IMG/VR virus record: IMGVR_UViG_3300035562_000120 | Location: 1 to 40,645 of that record | Source: a virus | Lineage: Duplodnaviria > Caudoviricetes | Length of the DNA: 40,645 nucleotides | Strand: one strand, 5' to 3' | In this document: piece by piece, positions 33,906 through 40,645 of the stretch | Layout: each line of letters starts with the position of its first letter | How positions within the stretch are numbered: position 1 is the stretch's first letter | The notes under the pieces: model-generated | The model's input: only the letters and a program-made list of their open reading frames with translations | Databases searched by the model: none | Told to the model about the DNA's origin: nothing | Made by a program: the position numbers and the translations under genes

Positions 33906-34268
33906 ATGTCTGAAATTAAAAGCACCCCATTTAGCCAACAACTGGCTTATATCAACCGTGGCGCACTCGATGCCGAACTTACCGAAGCGCTCGCCGAGGT
34001 AATTAAACAAGTCCGCGAAACTGGCAAGAAAGGCGCTATTACTCTGACGCTTAATTGCCAGATGTTGAACACCCGCGACGAAAACACAATGAAGATCACC
34101 CCCAACGTCAAGAAATCCATTCCTGAACTTGATCGGGCTGACACCATTATGTTCTCAACCGCAGACGGCGACTTAATGCGTGATGATCCATCGCAAGTGC
34201 AGATGGATTTGAAAGTGATTGATACCAAGTCTGCCGCCGCGCCAATTAAATTAGCGCAGAACAGCTAA
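33906..34268 (+). CDS. Conserved phage protein (YfdP-like partner of DUF2303)
   Basis: L..EL...LAEVIKQVRETGKKGAITLTL...F.T.DG.L.RDDP.Q; SD GAGGAG; adjacent to DUF2303. Confidence 0.75.
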   Translation: MSEIKSTPFSQQLAYINRGALDAELTEALAEVIKQVRETGKKGAITLTLNCQMLNTRDENTMKITPNVKKSIPELDRADTIMFSTADGDLMRDDPSQVQMDLKVIDTKSAAAPIKLAQNS

Positions 34269-34301
34269 CCCCAAGCCATCCCTAACTTGAAAGGATATTT
34301 A

Positions 34302-35114
34302 ATGGACATTACCAACAACAATAATGAAACCGTTAAGCATATTGCCGAATTGGCAGTAGTAAACAGCTTAATTAAGACTGATATTCCGTATGCGATTGTG
34401 CCGGACAATCACTCAGTAAAATCCCTGAAAGACTTTATCGTTGATGAAACACAAGTTAAGCAAGCCGTTACCGTTATCTCGCCATCTTCACTGATCGGCT
34501 ATGTTGTCCGCTTCAAAGATGAGCGCAGTGTTATTTTTGCAGACACTGAACATACTCGGTTCCGCGCTGTGCTTGACTACCACCTTGACGGTAAAACACC
34601 CAACAGAAACTCGCACATCGTTTCATATGACTGCCCTTTGTCAGATGAATGGACTGCCTTTACCAGTTGCAATGCTCGCAAAATGGATCAGATAGATTTT
34701 GCAGAATTCATTGAGCAATATATTAACTGTATTGCACCAACATCAGATTCTAACCAAACGTCAGGTAACGAATTATTAGAAATGGTGCTAGCGTTCCAGG
34801 AAACCCGCACATCTGATTTTAAGGCCGTTACTCGTTTAAGTGATGGCACTTTCCAGATGGCCTTCAGTAACGAAAAAACCGGCAGCGGCAATACAAAATT
34901 GCCGGAAAAAATCTCACTGGCAATCTCACCATTCCATAACGGCACGCCATATCAGATTGATGCTCGCATTCGCTACCGTCTACGCGAAGGTAAGCTGGCT
35001 CTCTGGTATGAGCTGATCGACCCGAAAAAAATTATTGAGCATGCGTACAACGAAATCATGGTTGACCTGCAAAACCAACTACCGGACGTGCCTCTTTTTG
35101 AAGGCCGTATTTAA
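34302..35114 (+). CDS. DUF2303 / YfdQ family protein
   Basis: AVLDYH, MDQIDFAEFIE, LPEKISLAISPF.NG..Y.IDARIRYR. Confidence 0.85.
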   Translation: MDITNNNNETVKHIAELAVVNSLIKTDIPYAIVPDNHSVKSLKDFIVDETQVKQAVTVISPSSLIGYVVRFKDERSVIFADTEHTRFRAVLDYHLDGKTPNRNSHIVSYDCPLSDEWTAFTSCNARKMDQIDFAEFIEQYINCIAPTSDSNQTSGNELLEMVLAFQETRTSDFKAVTRLSDGTFQMAFSNEKTGSGNTKLPEKISLAISPFHNGTPYQIDARIRYRLREGKLALWYELIDPKKIIEHAYNEIMVDLQNQLPDVPLFEGRI

Positions 35115-35207
35115 GCCTGAATAAATCTCAATAAAGTGCAGTCTTATGCGCCGCCGTGTGTGGCGCATAGTGAAGCATTTTCACCCCTCAGAATGGATAG
35201 ATAAATT

Positions 35208-36023
35208 ATGGCAACTTTAAGTCAGCGCTACGCAGCGCGTGAAAGTATTGGTTCTGATATTTCCACACGTAAAACCTTCCTGGTGCCTCTAAATGAAATT
35301 TATGCAGAAGAAGGCTATAACGTTCGTGAATTAAACCACGCACACGTTGAAGAATTTAGGGATGCGTTTATTGCCGGTGAGTTTATTCCACCTCTTGCTG
35401 TTGAGATAACAGAAGAAGGTGTGAAGGTTATCGACGGCCATCACCGCTACCACGGTGCGCTATTGGCGACTGCTGCCGGTCACGAAGTTGCACGTCTTGA
35501 ATGTAAGGATTTTGTCGGCACTGAGGCGGACAAAATCGCCTTCATGGTCACCAGTTCACAAGGGCTGGCGCTTTCCCCTATCGAACGTGGCGCGGCCTAT
35601 CAGCGGCTGGTGAGTCAGGGCTGGACTAACGCAGAGATCGCAAAGAAAGTTAAGCGTTCTGAGTCCGATATCCTCCAACACCTGCAACTACAAGAATGCA
35701 CCCCATACGTTAAAAGCCTTGTCCGCACCGGCGCGATGAATTATGCCCTGGCTATCAGCATCAACCGCGAGCACGGCGTTTATGCCGACAAGGAAGCGGC
35801 CAGATTAATGAAAAAGGCAGAGGATGCGGGTAAAACCAAGGTGACTAAAAGCATCGCCCAGCCGCAATTCAGCGCCAAGAAGGCACGCCGTATGCTGGAG
35901 TTGCTCTTTGATGCAGTCCCGATTGTCCAGGGCGAAAGCGATATGCTGATGCTTCCCAGCGGAAGTAAAGACGAGGTGATGCAGATAATCAGTGATTATC
36001 GCAATGAAACCCACCAGCAATGA
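35208..36023 (+). CDS. ParB/Srx-like N-terminal domain protein with HTH
   Basis: EEGYNVR, IPPLAV, VIDGHHRY, LSPIERG..Y.RL...GWTNAEIAKKVKRS. Confidence 0.85.
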   Translation: MATLSQRYAARESIGSDISTRKTFLVPLNEIYAEEGYNVRELNHAHVEEFRDAFIAGEFIPPLAVEITEEGVKVIDGHHRYHGALLATAAGHEVARLECKDFVGTEADKIAFMVTSSQGLALSPIERGAAYQRLVSQGWTNAEIAKKVKRSESDILQHLQLQECTPYVKSLVRTGAMNYALAISINREHGVYADKEAARLMKKAEDAGKTKVTKSIAQPQFSAKKARRMLELLFDAVPIVQGESDMLMLPSGSKDEVMQIISDYRNETHQQ

Positions 36024-36238
36024 GCGTCAATTTAAATAACGCCCCCTTGTGGATAAAAGAAAAGGCACTGGAAATATTAAATAAATTCAGTGCCTGCTTA
36101 ATCCTACCGAGGAAAATAAGCGGAAAGAAATATCTCACTTTCCGAGTTAATAAACGTTGGCGGTTACTTTCAAAAGACGATGGCCAGAACTGGCAATTGC
36201 TTACCCACAATGATTACAACTCAGTAATCGACACCTAA
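36020..36238 (+). CDS. ParE/RelE-like small basic protein
   Basis: YLTFRVNKRWRLLSKDDGQNWQLLTHNDYN; ATGA-coupled to the ParB-like gene; AT-rich. Confidence 0.6.
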   Translation: MSVNLNNAPLWIKEKALEILNKFSACLILPRKISGKKYLTFRVNKRWRLLSKDDGQNWQLLTHNDYNSVIDT

Positions 36239-36260
36239 TTACCCATTCGGAGAATGCCAC

Positions 36261-36449
36261 ATGTTCGGCCTATTTCTTCTCGTCTGCTACACCTACCAAC
36301 CATGCGACTACGAGCCGCAGGGCTGGGTATATCCAGATCGTTCTAATTGCATGGCTGATATCCACCAGCAGGAGTTACCGCCTCAGTATGAATGCTTACC
36401 TGTTGAGGGCGTTATTCCTGCTCAGCGGCAGGGGGCCAAGAATGGCTAA
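36261..36449 (+). CDS. DUF1482/YebW-like protein
   Basis: MFGLFLLVC....C....VY.....C......ECLP. Confidence 0.7.
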   Translation: MFGLFLLVCYTYQPCDYEPQGWVYPDRSNCMADIHQQELPPQYECLPVEGVIPAQRQGAKNG

Positions 36450-37299
36450 TTTCATGCAAACCCTCATCCCGCGTCGGCAGTTCAAGCATAACCCAGACCG
36501 GTTAAATGTGCTTTCCAGCGGTGGCGGCACGCAAAGCAACGCCCTTATCTGCCTGATACACGCTGGCGCATTGCCAAAGCCTGACGTGATAGTCATGTCA
36601 GATACCGAGCGCGAAGCAAGCAACGTGTTTGCGTACCAGGCCAAACACATCAAGGCTCTGTGCGATGAAATGGGTATCGAGTATCACATCGTTCTGAAAA
36701 GCCTTTACGCGACTTACGACATTGTCGGGCCTAACGAAGATGAACCATTGCCGGGATACTTCTCAACGCGTAACGGACGTGACAAGGACGGGTGGTGTTC
36801 TGGCAAGAAACCCGCGTTCTGCAGTGATAAGTGGAAACGTGAAGTGATTCAGCGATTCCTCAATGACAAGTACGGCGAAAAGTATCTCACAAAGCGCGGG
36901 GTCGATATGTGGATGGGGATCAGCATCGAAGAGGCAGCGCGACGCATGAAAATCACTGATGGTAAATGGCGTCGCCGGTACCCACTAATCGAAATGATGC
37001 TGACAAAGCAGATGTGCATCCAGTGCGTTGAGGATTACGGTCTTCCAACCCCGCCAGCCTCGCTTTGTTGGATGTGCCCTAACCGTGACGATGACCTGTG
37101 GTTATTCATGAAAGAGAACGTGCCAGAGGACTTCCAACGCGCCTGCGACCATGAAAAGGAAATCCAGAAAACATGGCCCTGGTTGTGGTTGACGAAATAC
37201 GGCGTACCGCTGGCAGAAGCTCCGCTAAAACCAAGTGGCGGCAAGGGATCACAGATGGATCTGGTGCAATTCTGCGATTCTGGAATGTGTTTTGTATAG
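36442..37299 (+). CDS. PAPS-reductase-like (PP-loop) protein
   Basis: SSGGGTQS PP-loop, SDTERE, CS..WK, GISIEE, YPLI, SLCWMCP, terminal CDSGMCFV. Confidence 0.75.
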   Translation: MANFMQTLIPRRQFKHNPDRLNVLSSGGGTQSNALICLIHAGALPKPDVIVMSDTEREASNVFAYQAKHIKALCDEMGIEYHIVLKSLYATYDIVGPNEDEPLPGYFSTRNGRDKDGWCSGKKPAFCSDKWKREVIQRFLNDKYGEKYLTKRGVDMWMGISIEEAARRMKITDGKWRRRYPLIEMMLTKQMCIQCVEDYGLPTPPASLCWMCPNRDDDLWLFMKENVPEDFQRACDHEKEIQKTWPWLWLTKYGVPLAEAPLKPSGGKGSQMDLVQFCDSGMCFV

Positions 37300-37324
37300 G
37301 GGCTGAAGCCCAGGAGAAAGCATC

Positions 37325-37675
37325 ATGAACAAATTAATCACAGCATTAGAACCACAGCGCGATGAAAACGGCTACTGGACACACCCTGATTACTTCGTGC
37401 ATGCGAACGACATGGAGTTTGGTGCCCCCGGCGAGTTTGAAGCATGGAAGGACGCTAACCGCGTAACAGGCCACCTGCAGTGGATGGAGTGTGACGCTTC
37501 AGAAGAGCAGCAAGCGGCCTATGAGGCGGGTGATGGTGATGTAAGCCAGTGGAACCCGACACCCCCGGAAGGTGACGGCTGGTTCATTGGTTCTATCCAC
37601 GACACCGAAGATGGGCCAGTTTGCTACTGGCTGCGTCCAATCGATGCCCCTGCGGAGAATGGTCATGGACAATAA
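37325..37675 (+). CDS. Conserved hypothetical phage protein
   Basis: RDENGYWTHPDY...WNPTPPEGDGWFIGSIHDTEDGPVC; SD AGGAG. Confidence 0.8.
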   Translation: MNKLITALEPQRDENGYWTHPDYFVHANDMEFGAPGEFEAWKDANRVTGHLQWMECDASEEQQAAYEAGDGDVSQWNPTPPEGDGWFIGSIHDTEDGPVCYWLRPIDAPAENGHGQ

Positions 37676-38564
37676 GCTGAGCGAACTGAGCAAGCCTGTT
37701 GCGTGGAAAATCCACAACGACGACCACTGCTTCTTAGAGATTCGAGAGGAAGAAGCTGCGGCGTATGGGCGTATGGGAAAAAAATTCGATCCCATCTACT
37801 CGCAAGAGTACGTATCCGGACTGCAGGCAGAGCTGGAACGCAAAAATAAATACTGGAACTCAGCAGAAGATGAGCTTGAGCGAGCTAAGCAGCGCATCGC
37901 CGAGCTGGAATCCAAGCTGGCTACGCCGGTGCAGGCAAGCGGGTGGATTAGCTGGCACGGCGGCATGTTCAGGCCGGTTCGTTCCGATACCATCATTGAT
38001 GTGATGTTTGCCAATGGTAACGTGAAACCCAACATATGTGCTGGCAGCGTCGTTTTTGAGTGGCAGAAGACGCCGAAAGATAACCAGCGGATTACGGCGT
38101 ACCGACTTCACCGTAGAGGGGCGGCTAACTGGGAGGCGCAGCCTGTGGCGTGGACTACAGTATTCGGCGACAAGCGTGCGGTTACTGTTCATCAAGAAAC
38201 CGCTGAAATATGGGTTAATGATGGAAAGAAAGCGCAACCCCTTTACACCGCCCCGGCAGCGCCAGCAGTGCCTGATGAGCGAGCAGCTTTCAATACCTGG
38301 AATAACGAAGATAATCTGCCAATTGCGGGGATTCCTGCGAAAAACGCCGCATGGTTAGCATGGCAGGCTCGCGCAATGCTGGCAACAGCGCCGGACGCTG
38401 TAGATGTTTTCGCAGACCAGGTGATCGGCACTAAGACTAAAATCATTCGTATGCCTGCCCCCTTAAATGTTCCGCAGGAAGACATCCGCGTTTACTTGAA
38501 CGCTGACGAACTATTTATGCATCTTGAGAAGCAAGGCTATATCGTAGAGGTTTCCAATGAATAA
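37665..38564 (+). CDS. Ea/Ead-type mosaic early protein
   Basis: Repeated PVAW..PLY modules, coiled coil RIAELE and a GWISW module typical of lambdoid exo-xis region proteins; start set at ATG 37665. Confidence 0.7.
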   Translation: MDNKLSELSKPVAWKIHNDDHCFLEIREEEAAAYGRMGKKFDPIYSQEYVSGLQAELERKNKYWNSAEDELERAKQRIAELESKLATPVQASGWISWHGGMFRPVRSDTIIDVMFANGNVKPNICAGSVVFEWQKTPKDNQRITAYRLHRRGAANWEAQPVAWTTVFGDKRAVTVHQETAEIWVNDGKKAQPLYTAPAAPAVPDERAAFNTWNNEDNLPIAGIPAKNAAWLAWQARAMLATAPDAVDVFADQVIGTKTKIIRMPAPLNVPQEDIRVYLNADELFMHLEKQGYIVEVSNE

Positions 38565-38772
38565 AAAAAATGAAGTTGCTGAGCTGGATTTACTAACCCC
38601 CGAAGAGGTTTGCAAACTGATTGGAGGGGTTACTACAAAAACGCTGCGGGATTGGAACATTAATCATCGACACCGCGAAACTTTGGCACCCATTCGGTTC
38701 ACACATAAATTAGTCCGGTATGAGCGCCAAAACGTTTTGGCTTTTATTGCAAAATGCAAAAGCGCTTATTAA
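38557..38772 (+). CDS. xis: Excisionase / AlpA-like winged HTH
   Basis: LLTPEEVCKLIGGVTTKTLRDW...PIRF...VRY; last pL gene, next to int. Confidence 0.8.
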   Translation: MNKKNEVAELDLLTPEEVCKLIGGVTTKTLRDWNINHRHRETLAPIRFTHKLVRYERQNVLAFIAKCKSAY

Positions 38773-40169
38773 TGGCGTTTCTTTCTTATCAGTGCCACCT
38801 GAGCGAGTATGCTGGTCTCATGGGCTTCAAAGGCCAGCCGCTTTAAGGCCATCTCTTCATTTAAAATCTCTTCTGAGAAATCATAAAACTCCCCCATCGG
38901 GTCTGATTCCTTATCAGAGTGATGCATGCAAAGAATGCTAATTTCTTTCGAATCGCTACGGGAATGGCCCTTATTACGCATCGTAGCGATAATATTACTC
39001 TTGAGGAATTTACGGCACATTGTATTAAATGCCCCTTCCTTTCCCTTCACAGTACCTTCATGCCTAACCCCTTTCACAGCGTTCTCTGGGCTGTATGTTT
39101 TGATAAGCTTGTCCAGAGAACGTTTGGCGAATGGCTTAGCCGGGTTACGCGGCTGAAGAAAAACATACTCCTTATTGCACCCGTCTACTGAGTCTCTCCA
39201 TTCCTTCTGCTCTTCCAGAATTTGCCTGATCCCTGACGTGATTGGGAGCCGGAATTCCTTCTGCGTTTTCATCGCCCCTCGCATACCAATTACCCCTGCA
39301 GGATAGATAATCTCACTCTCTTCTTTATTAATAAAATCCCACCGCAAGTTGGTTACGTTTATCGGGCGTACCCCCGTCAGGATCATGTACCTCATAGCGT
39401 TTTTTTGGTGCACGGAGGTTGTGGCGGCGATGTTCAACCATAGACCTGCTATCGACTCAATATCGGTATACAGACGGGTCGGCGTCGGCTTCTGAACACG
39501 CGACGATATGTAATCGCTTGGCAGGCTTGCGGCCACATTACGGCCATTACAGTAACGCGGGGCACCAAACTTCCAAAAGCGTCGTAGTTCCGCTGACAAC
39601 TCCAGGGCCTGGTTGTTGGACTTGGTTTCAATCCACAGGTCGAGAACCTCAAGCAGCCGGTTGTACGTTATATCGCTGAAAACCTCACGCTCACCAAATG
39701 CGGCGGCGATCTGCTTTGTCCTGGTGCAGTAAGTTTTAAAACTATCCTCACCAAGCTTTTGACGATCAACCTTCGCCTGCAAGTCCCCTTCATACTCTTT
39801 GATGGCCTGCTGCACTGACTCTGCTTTCAAACCATTATCCGCAATATCCTTCGCCTTCTCCCTCGCAATCTGAATAGCCATTTCTGGCCACTCCCCCAGC
39901 TTTTTACCCTTCAACCCCATCTTCTTTGGAAACTCAGCATAGAACGTAACCTTGCCTGCTTTACTAAAATCTATGCGGAGGTAGCTGTCCTTTTCGTATT
40001 TGGAGCGCCGGGCCTGCCCGACCTGCGCCAAAATGATTTTGGCAGCAGTAACACAGACTCTTATGTGTGAGCTTGCGTAAGGTGGTTTGCAGTCCTCCCA
40101 ACGCGCAGATGCGGCTAAGAACTCATCATTATTGGGGTTATCCTGCATCTGTGTTACAGTGCGCGGCAT
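38769..40169 (-). CDS. int: Tyrosine recombinase/integrase (divergent)
   Basis: Arm-binding-like KLGEWPEM....ARE; catalytic TGVRP, MKT, TMCR, MHH and EFY. Confidence 0.88.
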   Translation of the reverse strand: MPRTVTQMQDNPNNDEFLAASARWEDCKPPYASSHIRVCVTAAKIILAQVGQARRSKYEKDSYLRIDFSKAGKVTFYAEFPKKMGLKGKKLGEWPEMAIQIAREKAKDIADNGLKAESVQQAIKEYEGDLQAKVDRQKLGEDSFKTYCTRTKQIAAAFGEREVFSDITYNRLLEVLDLWIETKSNNQALELSAELRRFWKFGAPRYCNGRNVAASLPSDYISSRVQKPTPTRLYTDIESIAGLWLNIAATTSVHQKNAMRYMILTGVRPINVTNLRWDFINKEESEIIYPAGVIGMRGAMKTQKEFRLPITSGIRQILEEQKEWRDSVDGCNKEYVFLQPRNPAKPFAKRSLDKLIKTYSPENAVKGVRHEGTVKGKEGAFNTMCRKFLKSNIIATMRNKGHSRSDSKEISILCMHHSDKESDPMGEFYDFSEEILNEEMALKRLAFEAHETSILAQVALIRKKRH

Positions 40170-40290
40170 CGATATTTCCTTGTATCAGAGGCTACCAGCA
40201 TGAAGCTCACACATGAGGTTAAATCTGGAGGCTAAAATGGGCATGTGTTGCCATTCTGTGTTGCTGAACATGGTTTTTCAATGTTCTTAA

Positions 40291-40310
40291 TACTGTATAA
40301 ATATACACAT
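40291..40310. promoter_or_regulatory. LexA-box-like sequence upstream of int
   Basis: TACTGTATAAATATACACAT versus consensus TACTGTATATATATACAGTA; the right half-site is CAC rather than CAG. Confidence 0.4.
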
Positions 40311-40375
40311 AGTGCGGAATCGTGCGCAATAAGAAATGTAGATAACCGCATGATTTTAATAGATTAAAAGCGTAA

Positions 40376-40645
<270 letters not shown>

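Overview
Nearly complete lambdoid (siphovirus-type) prophage occupying ~1-40380, bounded on the right by the host ferredoxin gene yfhL (40385-40645); the left att is outside the window. The host is an enterobacterium, possibly Serratia-like (inference from GC content and gene content). Minus strand, right to left: cro, CII/YmfL-like regulator, SF2 helicase plus primase replication module, NinG, Q-like antiterminator with pR'/tR', a small moron, DNA methyltransferase, holin-endolysin-Rz/Rz1, HNH, cos region, P27-type terminase, HK97-type portal/protease/capsid/connectors, lambda-like tail (V, G/GT frameshift, tape measure, M, L, K, I, J), and a tail fibre with an SGNH esterase domain plus a partner gene. 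Plus strand: cI and the pL early operon (YfdP/YfdQ-like, ParB-like, ParE-like, DUF1482, PAPS-reductase-like, Ea-type, xis), converging on a divergent tyrosine integrase. The most unusual part is the first ~1.25 kb of the pL transcript (32650-33900), almost invisible in the ORF track. It holds a GCCAC-repeat structured leader, boxA plus a 3-codon minigene, two tandem paralogous 45-aa Arg-rich peptides each followed by a UUCG hairpin (where N would be), a CIII-like peptide, and a DicF-like sRNA cassette whose 5' seed matches, as I recall it, the conserved 3' seed of the host sRNA RprA. All family assignments come from motif and synteny recognition, not from database searches.
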